Shown: positions 47,988 through 57,788, numbered from the stretch's first letter. The stretch is 64,000 nucleotides of DNA from Armatimonadota bacterium (GCA_039679675.1 JBDKUN010000050.1:1-64000), one strand, 5' to 3'. Numbers and translations are program-made. Notes: generated by a model from the sequence alone, not told the origin.

Positions 47988-49841
47988 TCAGAGGTTAACT
48001 TGAGACAGTATTTTCTCCAGCCCATCAGCTCCGCAAAAAATAAACCTATAGACAGGCCTGCCGTCTATTGAGGTGCATTCGTCCGATATTCTTGATAACT
48101 TAACCACATAACCTGTATCATCGCACACCGGCTTCAGTAGATTTGCATCCCAGATAAATTTATATGCAAATGTGCGCAGCTCAAACGGTAACTGATTAAT
48201 ATCCAGACCTTCACTTGTAGTCAACTGCTTCTTTGATCTTGGATCAAGCCGGGCATAAAAGCCTAGATCATCTTTGTTTATCATATAGTTTCGCCCAATC
48301 GCACTTGAACGCCCTAAAACCTCGTCACATGCAATATTTGCATCATACTGCGGCTGGCTCAGCGTGCATATGTCCGCAACTGTATCCAGGCTCAAGCCGT
48401 CACTGTCTTTCAGGTCAGCTCGCCATCTATCAAGCCATTCCTCAGGAATTTGAAGGCTGCGCTTCTTAAGCCACATCCTTTCTCTCAGTTCAATGACATT
48501 GCCGACACGCCACCAGTTGCTATTCAAGTCAAGCCGGGCATTTTCCAGAATCTTGTTGACCGTAGTTTTGACCAAAGAAAAGCGGCATTTGGCAGGCTTG
48601 CCGAAGCTGTCGCAAACTATTGCAAAGCTGGTGGTATCGGCTATAATTGCATTGACAGTCTCATATGTTAAGGGCTTCTTTGCATCTTTCGGGATGTCTA
48701 CAGTGACATCGAGTGCAGGATCAGGCTCTTTTTTATCTATTGGATCTCCCATTTCATCGAGTCCAAGGTCCTTTTGTACTTCTTCAGGTGTCGGTATTCC
48801 ATTTGCCGCGAGTATATCTTCCTGCAATTTTATAAAAGGCGTTCCAGGATGCTCTAGGGCTGCTATCCCACAATTGCCAAAAAACTTGGCTTTTATACTA
48901 TCAGACCTACATAAGTCAGCTCTCAATTCTTTGCAGATAACACTAGACCCTAAATGATTACCAGGTACTGTGAATGAAACCCGTCCCAACGAAGCATTAT
49001 TTAGTTCATTGCCATCTGAGTTTATGTTTATAGCAATCTTATCCTGCAATTGCGGCAGCATATCATCCGGGAGAATCGGCTGGGCGTGAAAGGAGTTTTT
49101 AGATAATACATTCTCTTCACTCCACAGATCACGTATCACCTGAACAAGTGCATCCTTGGATTCATCCGACAGGTCTGATGAAGAAATAGATAATCCCTGG
49201 CCGTTGATAAAAGCATCTCGTGCCTCCGGCGAAGAAGTGAGGAATTGATCCAGAGACTTCGCCACACCTGTCTCATTTAGAAAATACAGGTAAGGGTCTT
49301 CCTCTTTTAATTGTTCCAGGTCAGCCTCCGAATATTCGGACACAGCATGCAGCTTATCCAGCGCTGCTTCGCGTAGCTCTTTCTGTTTTTCCCGGATGCG
49401 TTCATCTTCTTCTGCCTGCTTCATCATTAATGCATTCATTTCGTTGCGGTCCTGATAAAGCCGGTAGATCACGCCTTGTTCGCTTTCCGACTTACGCCAT
49501 TTGAACTTCAGAACACGGGAAATGGATGCCATCAATGCGGAAAGAGGCTGTTCTTTGGCGAATATATAGACTTTTCGGTCTCGGACTTGCCAGTCCTTTT
49601 TACTTAACCCAGCCCTGAGTTGCACTCCGCTCATGCTGCTCAGGTCCTCCAGGACAGCCGAGATAGTCTTTCGCCTTGCTTCGTAGGTAATCTTGGTATC
49701 AAGCCCCTGCTTTATGCTGCCGATTGCCTTTAACTCTGCTGGCACTGTTTTTGTATTGGTCGCTGTATCTACTGGGTATGCGCTCATGACAGGCACAACA
49801 GCCAGTAAAAAGACAAACAAATTCAGATACTTCTTATTCAT
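47988..49841 (-). CDS. Large secreted hypothetical protein (paralog of 8437-10389)
   Basis: Signal peptide, SD AAGGGG; KITYE...LEDLS...DWQVRD...PL and GLSLD...GLDI blocks. Confidence 0.75.
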   Translation of the reverse strand: MNKKYLNLFVFLLAVVPVMSAYPVDTATNTKTVPAELKAIGSIKQGLDTKITYEARRKTISAVLEDLSSMSGVQLRAGLSKKDWQVRDRKVYIFAKEQPLSALMASISRVLKFKWRKSESEQGVIYRLYQDRNEMNALMMKQAEEDERIREKQKELREAALDKLHAVSEYSEADLEQLKEEDPYLYFLNETGVAKSLDQFLTSSPEARDAFINGQGLSISSSDLSDESKDALVQVIRDLWSEENVLSKNSFHAQPILPDDMLPQLQDKIAININSDGNELNNASLGRVSFTVPGNHLGSSVICKELRADLCRSDSIKAKFFGNCGIAALEHPGTPFIKLQEDILAANGIPTPEEVQKDLGLDEMGDPIDKKEPDPALDVTVDIPKDAKKPLTYETVNAIIADTTSFAIVCDSFGKPAKCRFSLVKTTVNKILENARLDLNSNWWRVGNVIELRERMWLKKRSLQIPEEWLDRWRADLKDSDGLSLDTVADICTLSQPQYDANIACDEVLGRSSAIGRNYMINKDDLGFYARLDPRSKKQLTTSEGLDINQLPFELRTFAYKFIWDANLLKPVCDDTGYVVKLSRISDECTSIDGRPVYRFIFCGADGLEKILSQVNL

Positions 49842-49900
49842 TTTGGCCCCTTCTTTACATAGTATGTTTCAGGATCTCTTTTCCACCAACCCGATGAGTT

Positions 49901-49932
49901 GACTTCGGCGCAAAATACGCTCGCTGAAGTAT
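49901..49932 (+). repeat. Hairpin repeat (family D), left copy
   Basis: GACTTCGGCGCAAAATACGCTCGCTGAAGTAT; inverted relative to 50949-50978. Confidence 0.6.
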
Positions 49933-49960
49933 AAAAAATATACTAATCAAGCAATCTATG

Positions 49961-50737
49961 TCATCTGGATTCGTTTGTGGGTTTGTATACTAAACGGCCT
50001 AATTCCATCACCCTATCAATATTTATATGGCTATCAGGCGGCAGCATCATGCTTATTGCTTCACACTTCGAAATATTTACGGCTGCCGTTAACAGATTGC
50101 CGATCAAACCTCCCTTGTTTTTACTGAGTTCGATGTCAAGATAACTGCCTATAGATCCTTTCTCCAAATAGATTGCTGGTTTATCGCAGCAGAATCCAAT
50201 TACTTTGAGATTTCTCTCTATGTCCGTCCGACTCTTCATAATATCTGTCAGATTACGCACCTCTCTATCCGCCAATACAGCATAAAGTGCAGTGTCGAAC
50301 CCTTCTTTAACAGCTACTTGTTCCAAGCCTATAAAAAAACTCACATCATCTATCGGGAGAGACCATTTTGCGGTGCGGTCACCTAGATATACAATCAATT
50401 CGTTATGTGAATCATCCAGTTCGAACTGAGGTCGTGACAAAATATCTAGATTACGCATCAATAACCTGATAAATAGATATGCTCCCAATACAAGGACACC
50501 AACCAAAATATATCTAAGCTGTAAAGGAAAAACTCTCTGAGGAAGCAGATTTATAGCAAGCATCAGAAACCCTAGGAAGAAAACACAAAATGTGGAAATA
50601 CACCCAATCTCTAGAATGCCACGTCTTTTACCTGGTCGAAAGACTATATTTTCACCTTCAAGTACAGCTTCCAGAGATGAATATGGCATACTCTCAGGTT
50701 TTTCCACCTGCCTGAACCGTTCTATTAGAGCTGGCAT
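49961..50737 (-). CDS. Hypothetical two-TM membrane protein, AT-rich
   Basis: 258-aa ORF with two TM segments; SD AAGGGA. Confidence 0.65.
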   Translation of the reverse strand: MPALIERFRQVEKPESMPYSSLEAVLEGENIVFRPGKRRGILEIGCISTFCVFFLGFLMLAINLLPQRVFPLQLRYILVGVLVLGAYLFIRLLMRNLDILSRPQFELDDSHNELIVYLGDRTAKWSLPIDDVSFFIGLEQVAVKEGFDTALYAVLADREVRNLTDIMKSRTDIERNLKVIGFCCDKPAIYLEKGSIGSYLDIELSKNKGGLIGNLLTAAVNISKCEAISMMLPPDSHINIDRVMELGRLVYKPTNESR

Positions 50738-50948
50738 AATTTCCCTTAATAACTTCTTTCACTCAGAAGTATGTTTCTTGTCTAAATCGCCTAATGATAA
50801 TATCTCACTGTGCTGTAACCTGCAGATACCATTGCTTAACAAGCTTTCCTGAAGAATCAATTTTCAGGATATGACCGTCATTACCTCCAATACAAATAAA
50901 ACCATGTGTATCGACAGCTACAACCAAAGGTGATGTAATTATTTTGGA

Positions 50949-50978
50949 ATACTTCGGTGCGATATTTGCGCCGAAGTC
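50949..50978 (-). repeat. Hairpin repeat (family D), right copy
   Basis: Reverse complement reads GACTTCGGCGCAAATATCGCACCGAAGTAT. Confidence 0.6.
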
Positions 50979-51135
50979 CCCACTCTTGACATCTACAGCC
51001 TCAACGATTGACTGCCAACTGAATGTTACGCTGCTACGTCATTTCAGTCAATGCTTTAACGCACTATTGTGCCAATAAATCTCAATAATGTGGGGACAGT
51101 TAACGTATGGGGTTGATATATATAACCATCAGAAG

Positions 51136-51161
51136 GGTACATATCGGGGCTGATATGTACC
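51136..51161 (-). terminator. Stem-loop just downstream of the PHP gene
   Basis: GGTACATATC-n6-GATATGTACC perfect 10-bp stem; no strong U-tract. Confidence 0.45.
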
Positions 51162-51164
51162 TTA

Positions 51165-51983
51165 CTACAGAGCGTGAATTTTGGGAGAAGAGTATGCAGA
51201 AACCTGCTCTGCTCTTCTTCTGTACCGGGCAATTTCGGGTATTCCGGCGCATTTGAGCGCTTTTATGCCGTCCGAAAGCCCGAATCCCAGGTGCTGAACG
51301 AGGTGGGAGTCCGACCCGATGGTCACTTTCCTGCCGCCGAGGCTTGCATAAAGCTCCAAAGTCTCCAAAGACGGGTATATTTCGCCCGGAGCCTGCCTCA
51401 ATCCCGAAGTATTGACTTCGAGCGCCATATCGTGCCGGATCAGGGCTTTCAGGATATCCTCGACCTGGGGTAAATATCTGTCGAGGTCGAATTTACCGTA
51501 GTATCTCGCGCCATGCCGTTTACAGAGGTCCATGTGCGCGAGTGAATCGAAGAACCCTGTCTCTACTGCCGCAAGCGCGGCCTCGAAGTACGGCAGATAC
51601 GCCTCGCGCTCGCTCTTTCCGGGGAAATATTTCTCGTGTTCTTCAAGAAGAATCCCGTGGACATAATGGGCTGAGACCAGAACAAAATCGAGCTCGTGAG
51701 AGCCGAGAAAATCCTCGATCTCAGGCAAATACTTCTCCTGATAATCCACCTCCACGCCGGAGAGGATGGTGAGCCTACCCGAAAACTCTTCCCGTGCCGC
51801 AGCAATCTCGTCCATCCATTTGGAGTAGACCAGACAGCCGTAAGATATGTCCGTAGGAGTGTAGTCCAGATGTTCCGTAAAGACGATCTCGTCAATCCCG
51901 ATCTCAACAGCCTTCGCGCACATGTCGCGGAGTTTGGTTGGCGAGTCGCCTGAATAGGTCGAGTGTACATGGTAATCTATCAC
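51165..51983 (-). CDS. Histidinol-phosphatase HisJ-family PHP protein
   Basis: DYHVHS, FTEHLD, GVEVD, AHMDL, LEVNTSG, IGSDSH. Confidence 0.88.
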   Translation of the reverse strand: MIDYHVHSTYSGDSPTKLRDMCAKAVEIGIDEIVFTEHLDYTPTDISYGCLVYSKWMDEIAAAREEFSGRLTILSGVEVDYQEKYLPEIEDFLGSHELDFVLVSAHYVHGILLEEHEKYFPGKSEREAYLPYFEAALAAVETGFFDSLAHMDLCKRHGARYYGKFDLDRYLPQVEDILKALIRHDMALEVNTSGLRQAPGEIYPSLETLELYASLGGRKVTIGSDSHLVQHLGFGLSDGIKALKCAGIPEIARYRRRAEQVSAYSSPKIHAL

Positions 51984-52918
51984 TTCGCCTGCGTGCCCTC
52001 ATCGTAGACCACTTTCGATATAACATTTCCCACTGTCTGCAAGGACTTGGCGCTGCACTTATTGGGGGTATCGTCGATTGTATGCCAATAGGCATAGTTG
52101 AAATCGATCACGTCTATGCACGGAATCCCTGCGGCGCAGAGCGGCAGGTGGTCATCCTGCAGCATGTGGCGTTCTTCTTCCAAAAAAGTATTGCCGTAGC
52201 CGAGCTTATCCGCGGCTGCCCAGACCTTGTCGACGACTTTCGGCGCCTTATGACAGGAAAACACCTCTTTGGCAATATCCAGGTTGCTGTCCCCGATCAT
52301 ATCCAGCAGGATACCGTAATCGTATTTGATCTGCCTGCCTTTTGGCTGGACGGCCGTCTTCCAGTTCTTGGCGAACTCTTTGGCCCCGATGAACATGTCA
52401 TTTACGCCGGGACCGTAGTCTTCGCCGTCAAAAAACGCCATAACGACGCCAACATCGGGCTTTTTGTTATTGAACATGCGGGCAAGCTCAAGAAGCACCG
52501 CAGTGCCGGATGCACCGTCATTCGCTCCCGGAACAGGCATTTTGCTTTTAGCTTCATCGACTTCCTGATCGGCATGAGGCCGGGTATCCCAGTGTGCGCA
52601 CAAGAGCACAAAATGCGATGCATCCGGGTTGAACACCGCGTATACATTCGAAAGCTCGATGGTCTTACTCCCGGCGCCATACTTGAAAGTGTGAGTGGAA
52701 ACCTCGTCCGCGAGCGGTTTCAGTTCGGATTGAATGAACTCCAGAGTTTTTTCATGTCCCTGGACTCCGGGGTAGCGCGGGCCGAAAGTACATTGCTTTT
52801 TGAGAAGCTCATAAGCGCGTATTCCGTCGAACGCCGAAGCTCTGTTGGTCTTGGTTCCGCAGCCAGACAATAGTATAAACACCGCGACAATGGCCACGGT
52901 GCGAAGAGATCGATTCAA
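51980..52918 (-). CDS. M28 family peptidase / glutaminyl cyclase-like lipoprotein
   Basis: Lipobox LSGC; CAHWDTR, GANDGASG, FDGEDYG, LDMIG, DDH, WHT. Confidence 0.88.
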   Translation of the reverse strand: MNRSLRTVAIVAVFILLSGCGTKTNRASAFDGIRAYELLKKQCTFGPRYPGVQGHEKTLEFIQSELKPLADEVSTHTFKYGAGSKTIELSNVYAVFNPDASHFVLLCAHWDTRPHADQEVDEAKSKMPVPGANDGASGTAVLLELARMFNNKKPDVGVVMAFFDGEDYGPGVNDMFIGAKEFAKNWKTAVQPKGRQIKYDYGILLDMIGDSNLDIAKEVFSCHKAPKVVDKVWAAADKLGYGNTFLEEERHMLQDDHLPLCAAGIPCIDVIDFNYAYWHTIDDTPNKCSAKSLQTVGNVISKVVYDEGTQAK

Positions 52919-52980
52919 GCGTCTGTCCTCATCTTCCGCTCTAATAGAATGCCCGGAGGCGAAGCGCCTTCAGGCGTAAC

Positions 52981-53162
52981 AGTTCAGTTCACCTTTGCAA
53001 GAATTATATATCACCCTGAACAGCCAGCACGTCACCCTGAACTTGATTCAGGGTCCATTTTCTTCCTGGATGCTGAGTCAAGCTCAGCATGACGTTGTGC
53101 CATTCGGAATGATGTTGTGATAGTTCAGCATGATGCTATACTCATCAACTCTGAACTCTTAC
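52981..53162 (+). repeat. Palindromic repeat family A, full copy
   Basis: Core at 53031-53093; degenerate 20-21-nt arm repeats on both sides; AGTTCA/TGAACT inverted ends. Confidence 0.85.
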
Positions 53163-53178
53163 CCTCCGGGCGGGTATA

Positions 53179-53847
53179 TCACTTGCCAGTCTTTATACGG
53201 TTAAGATTCGAATAATCGATGCTGCTATTACCGGTAAAAAACTGGTCTATTGCTTTTGGAATGGTCACGTCAGTCGTATTTACGATGTCATTCTTGGTCC
53301 ATATCTTCCAGTAGCCGAGCGCTCCGTTAGCCATGCTGCTTGTCATGGCGACGGAGTAAGCTGTGCTGTCGGAAATGGGGCTGCCGCCGATACTGACGGA
53401 GGCCAGCCTGCCCTCCTGCGGCCCATCGGGGTTGAACGTGAAGCTGATTCCCGACACCTGCAGAAAACCAAGGTTGTTCTTGGGATAGATGAGCACGCTT
53501 CGCTCAAGCGCCTGCTTGATCTGCCTCCCGGTGAGACGCACCACGACTATCGGATCGTCCGTGTAGGCTATGTAAGCCGTAACATCCTCCGTGGAGACCT
53601 TACCTGCAGGGATTTGAGTACTGGATTCCTTCAGCTCGCTTGCGCTCACAAAAGCGGCATTCGCGCCTGCAGATGCCCGGATTGCATCCGCCACCAAGTC
53701 GCCAAGCGAGACCTCAGACTTCTGCACGCCCAAAGTCCCAAGCGCGCTCCGGCTAGTTGCCGTTGCCGCAAACGCGCTGCTCATGGCTATGAGCATAATC
53801 GCCGCAATCCATCCAAACCGAACTATTCTTGCTTTCATCTTTCTCAC
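53179..53847 (-). CDS. Secreted stand-alone 5'-nucleotidase C-terminal-domain protein
   Basis: EVSLGDLVADAIR, LTGRQIKQALE, FLQVSGISF, YSVA; no metallophosphoesterase N-domain. Confidence 0.8.
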   Translation of the reverse strand: MRKMKARIVRFGWIAAIMLIAMSSAFAATATSRSALGTLGVQKSEVSLGDLVADAIRASAGANAAFVSASELKESSTQIPAGKVSTEDVTAYIAYTDDPIVVVRLTGRQIKQALERSVLIYPKNNLGFLQVSGISFTFNPDGPQEGRLASVSIGGSPISDSTAYSVAMTSSMANGALGYWKIWTKNDIVNTTDVTIPKAIDQFFTGNSSIDYSNLNRIKTGK

Positions 53848-53900
53848 ACCACCTTCTGGCGGTCAATTTACATTTACAACTAACTAAGACGTTACTTGTA

Positions 53901-55008
53901 TCAGCTGATGCCCTGTTTTGGTGCTGTCAAAAATGCCTGAATAAAATCATCTATGTCGCCGTCCATGACCCGGATGACGTCCCCAACTTCATGTCCAGTC
54001 CTATGGTCTTTTACCATTGTGTACGGCTGAAAAACATATGACCTTATCTGATTTCCCCACTGGATAGCTCTTAGGTCGCCTCGGATTTCCGCCATGCGAG
54101 CTTCGTCCTCCGCACGCTGCAGTTCCATCAGCCTCGCCTGAAGGACTTTCATCGCCATATCGCGGTTGCTGTGCTGCGAACGCTCATTCTGGCAGGAGAC
54201 CACTATCCCTGTCGGTATATGCGTAATCCGAACCGCCGAATCCGTCTTGTTGACGTGCTGGCCGCCCGCGCCAGACGATCTATATGTATCGATCCGTATC
54301 TCTTCCGGGTTGATGTGGACCTCTTCGGTCTCATCTATCTCAGGAATGACATCCACGGATGCAAACGACGTGTGCCGCCGCTTGTTTGCGTCGAACGGAG
54401 AGATGCGTACCAGCCGGTGGACTCCCCTCTCCGCCTTCAGATAGCCGTAGGCGTTTCTTCCCTGAACTAGAAAGGTCACTTTTTTGTATCCGGCCATTTC
54501 ACCCGCAACGGTATCGATGATCTCCGTGCGATAGCCGTGCCGCTCAGCCCACCTGAGGTACATTCTGAGGAGCATGTCGGCCCAGTCGCACGCTTCCGTG
54601 CCGCCTGCGCCCGCATTTATTTCGACAATTGCGCTCGATCTGTCGTGCTCTCCGGAAAGGAGCGTCGAAAGCTCGAACTGCCTGAACTCACGCAGAATAT
54701 CCTCGGCTTCCTGCTCGATCTCGCTTATGTCCTCTTCGCTTCCCTCTTCTTCGGCAAGCTCCACGAGGACCTGCAGGTCTTCCAGCCTCTCTTTAAGCTC
54801 CTGAATCGGCTCAATGGAGCTTTTTATCTGGTTCAGCTCCTGGAGCACCTTCTGGGCTTCTTGGGAATCGTCCCAAAATCCGGGTTCAGTTGTACTTTGC
54901 TCTAATTTATCTATCTCGACTTGTTTACCGGCCAAGTCAAAGATGTCCACCCAATTCCACTAGCTCTGCCAAAAGACTTTCGATTTCTCGTTTAACATCA
55001 ACGAGCAA
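53901..55008 (-). CDS. prfB: Peptide chain release factor 2 (programmed +1 frameshift)
   Basis: TTG start at 55008; 23 codons to CTT TGA C (54942-54936) with internal SD-like GGGTGG; SPF and GGQ motifs downstream. Confidence 0.95.
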
Positions 55009-55191
55009 CTAGTAACACCACCTTCTCTTCGTCTGTTATGTCTACCAGACGGATTATTAAGTTCGATGCAGCCGCCGTGCAATTGGCAGCAGCACCAATA
55101 GTATATTATACAATGGATTGGAAACGCGAATTACGCGGATTTAAAAACGGGAATTGCACCGGCAGCCCAAGTCGTAGTATAAATATATACG

Positions 55192-56070
55192 ATGAAAAAA
55201 GCAGATACAGCCGAAGTCGGCAGAAAAAATGGACTTGGAGTAAAGGTGCAACGGGGCGCAGGTATGGCGCTCGGTTATGTGGTGCTCGCCGCAGGCGCTG
55301 TGCTATTCGTGCTGCCGTTTTTGTGGATGATTTCTATCTCGCTCAAAGACCCGGTAGAGGTCGCATCATCCGGGCTGAACCTTATACCGCACAAGGCACT
55401 CTGGAGCAACTACCCGAAGGCCCTCACGATCATGCCGTTTCACCTTTACCTGCTGAACACACTTCAGGTGACTGTGCTTGCGGTTATCGGGACAGTGATT
55501 TCGAGCTCGATAGTCGCGTACGGGTTTGCGCGGCTCAAAGCTCCGGGCAAAGACCTGCTTTTCTACCTTGTCCTTGCGACGATCATGCTCCCCGGCGAGG
55601 TGCTTATGATCCCACGGTTCATAATCTTCCGCAGCATCGGGTGGTACGACACTCTCCTGCCGCTTTACGTCCCGGCGTTCTTCGGGAATGCGTTTTACAT
55701 ATTCTTAATGAGACAGTTTTTCCTTACAATTCCTGCCGACCTGGAAGATGCCGCCAAAATAGACGGCTGTTCGCCGCTTCGGACCTATTGGCAGATATTC
55801 ATGCCGCTCTCCAAGCCGGTAGTTGTGACTGTGGCGGTATTTTCGTTCGTCGCCCATTGGAATGACTTCATGACCCCGCTCATTTACCTCAACTCTGTGA
55901 ACAAGCGGACTCTCGCACTGGGGCTTGCGACGTTCCAGGATGTGTGGGGAGTGGATATAGTCTCGCTCATGGCTGCATCGACCGCCGTCCTCATCCCCGT
56001 GCTCGTCATCTTCTTCCTCGCCCAGCGCTACTTCGTCCAGGGAGTAGTAATGAGCGGGATGAAGGGGTAG
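55192..56070 (+). CDS. Carbohydrate ABC transporter permease (MalG/CUT1 type), orphan
   Basis: FLMRQFFLTIPADLEDAAKIDGC EAA loop; WNDF. Confidence 0.93.
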   Translation: MKKADTAEVGRKNGLGVKVQRGAGMALGYVVLAAGAVLFVLPFLWMISISLKDPVEVASSGLNLIPHKALWSNYPKALTIMPFHLYLLNTLQVTVLAVIGTVISSSIVAYGFARLKAPGKDLLFYLVLATIMLPGEVLMIPRFIIFRSIGWYDTLLPLYVPAFFGNAFYIFLMRQFFLTIPADLEDAAKIDGCSPLRTYWQIFMPLSKPVVVTVAVFSFVAHWNDFMTPLIYLNSVNKRTLALGLATFQDVWGVDIVSLMAASTAVLIPVLVIFFLAQRYFVQGVVMSGMKG

Positions 56071-56172
56071 ATTTTACGCTAACCATCAATATTAGCGTGA
56101 TGTATAAACTGAAAGTAGTTCTGCAACATTGTAAGTATTTCGCATTACTTCAGATTTGAGGTGTGTTGCATA

Positions 56173-57129
56173 ATGAACAATCCTGCAAGACGGCATCACT
56201 ATTTACCACAATCATATCTAAGAGGTTTCACCGCTGATGAAACTAAAGGTAGTGGTTTGTACGTCTTCGACCTCGAATTACGAAAAGCTATAGGTAAGCG
56301 AAGTTTGAAATCCATTGCTTTTGAAGAGGATTGGCATACCGTTGATTTTCCAGGTATGGCTCCAGACATATGCGAAACTACTCTCGGAAGATTTGAACAA
56401 CAAGCAATTGAAACTATCCGAAAAGTGACGAGTAATCTTACTTTCAATTATGACGATCTTTCTACGCTGATTAGTTTTGTCTCGCTCATAGCAGTTCGTG
56501 TACCTCGTTTTAGGGCAGGTGTCATTGCTGAGTTAGAGAATTTGACTGGGGAACCATTTGAAAGCGCAGCGTCAGAACCAAAAAATTGGGATGACATCAT
56601 AAAGCTGCTTTCGTCTGTAGATTCTGGTTGGAGTCAAAAGCACAGCGATTATTTCTTATCCGGTGGACATAAGTATATAGCGAATCCAAAGAATTACCAC
56701 TTTTTTACTACGCAAATCGCACAAGAAGCCATTTATGATTTGCTTGAACAGCGCAATTGGAACCTTTTCGTGGCTGAAGAAGGTTCAGGCAATTTTATAT
56801 GCTCAGATAATCCTGTTGGACTGATACACTCGCCGCCAAGGCTAGATTTCCATCAACCTTGGTTCGGGGATAAGGATACAGTGGTTACTTTTCCCTTAAC
56901 TCGGCGTGTTGCATTGGTAGGCCGGTTTGAGGATGAATCCTTTGTCATGCATGTAGATCGTAAATGGGTTGCCACCTTAAACAATCAAACCATACTAGAC
57001 GCTTGGCGATATTTATATGGCCCGCAGAAAGATTTTTATTGGACACCTGATGGTAATATCTATGGTGTTGACCAATTATTCCATCTCTTGCTTCCAATAC
57101 CCTGCCCTAACGAAAAAACCGAAACCTAA
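56173..57129 (+). CDS. DUF4238-like protein
   Basis: RRHHYLPQSYLRGF N-terminus and FICSDNPV; SD GAGGTG; AT-rich. Confidence 0.8.
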   Translation: MNNPARRHHYLPQSYLRGFTADETKGSGLYVFDLELRKAIGKRSLKSIAFEEDWHTVDFPGMAPDICETTLGRFEQQAIETIRKVTSNLTFNYDDLSTLISFVSLIAVRVPRFRAGVIAELENLTGEPFESAASEPKNWDDIIKLLSSVDSGWSQKHSDYFLSGGHKYIANPKNYHFFTTQIAQEAIYDLLEQRNWNLFVAEEGSGNFICSDNPVGLIHSPPRLDFHQPWFGDKDTVVTFPLTRRVALVGRFEDESFVMHVDRKWVATLNNQTILDAWRYLYGPQKDFYWTPDGNIYGVDQLFHLLLPIPCPNEKTET

Positions 57130-57162
57130 CCGCTCTGAACAGCACATCATCTGCGGTGTCGA

Positions 57163-57188
57163 TGGCCGGGACGGAGACCGGCCACTAC
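57163..57188 (-). repeat. GTAG-type REP element
   Basis: - strand reads GTAG-TGGCCGG-TCTCCGTC-CCGGCCA; a related GTAGTGGCCG occurs at about 63946-63955. Confidence 0.6.
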
Positions 57189-57218
57189 AGCTATGGATGA
57201 GAGATAATACCTAAAACC

Positions 57219-57788
57219 TTACTGCCAGTGCCCCCGCAGAGTCTCGATGATCTCGTAGACGTGGTTTGCGTCTTTGATGTCGTGGAGAGCGAGAAGGTCC
57301 CAGTGGTCGAACCCCGCAAGGCAGTTCATCCCAGTGTTTCCGCACCAGGATGCGGTGAACGGAGATGGCCCGAACGTGATTGTGCCGGTGCCGTTCCGGC
57401 GGACGGCTCTCCCAAGCGCCGGTATCTGCATAATCTCCTCCGCCACCATCCGCCTGCCGCGCGCGTATACCAGTATCCGCCTGTTGGTCAGCCCGTAAAG
57501 GGTACGCCTTTTTCTCCAGGTTTTGTAAAAGAACCTGCCGAGCATCAAATAGCCGCCCATGATGATAAAGAGCGTTCCCCACAGTGCGAGCAGAACATGG
57601 CCTATGCTGATAGCTCCGAACAAGTATGACAGTCCGGTATTCAAAAACGAAATGCCGATCAGTATGCTGACCGGTATAAGAAGCACATCCGCGGGTGTAA
57701 GAAAAATACTCGTGTCCGGCTTACCTGTCCACAGGATAAGCTCGTCTTCATCCAAAAACGGTTCGAATACCCCTATATCATCCGCCAC
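57219..57788 (-). CDS. Hypothetical membrane protein (bacterial PH-domain-like)
   Basis: LDEDELILWTGKP, two TM segments, YGLTNRRI, NGTGTITF. Confidence 0.7.
   Translation of the reverse strand: MADDIGVFEPFLDEDELILWTGKPDTSIFLTPADVLLIPVSILIGISFLNTGLSYLFGAISIGHVLLALWGTLFIIMGGYLMLGRFFYKTWRKRRTLYGLTNRRILVYARGRRMVAEEIMQIPALGRAVRRNGTGTITFGPSPFTASWCGNTGMNCLAGFDHWDLLALHDIKDANHVYEIIETLRGHWQ

Noticed and set aside
53901..54950. prfB as truncated or a pseudogene
   Set aside because: Explained by the canonical CTT-TGA-C +1 programmed frameshift; the true start is TTG 55008. Well known, so not novel.
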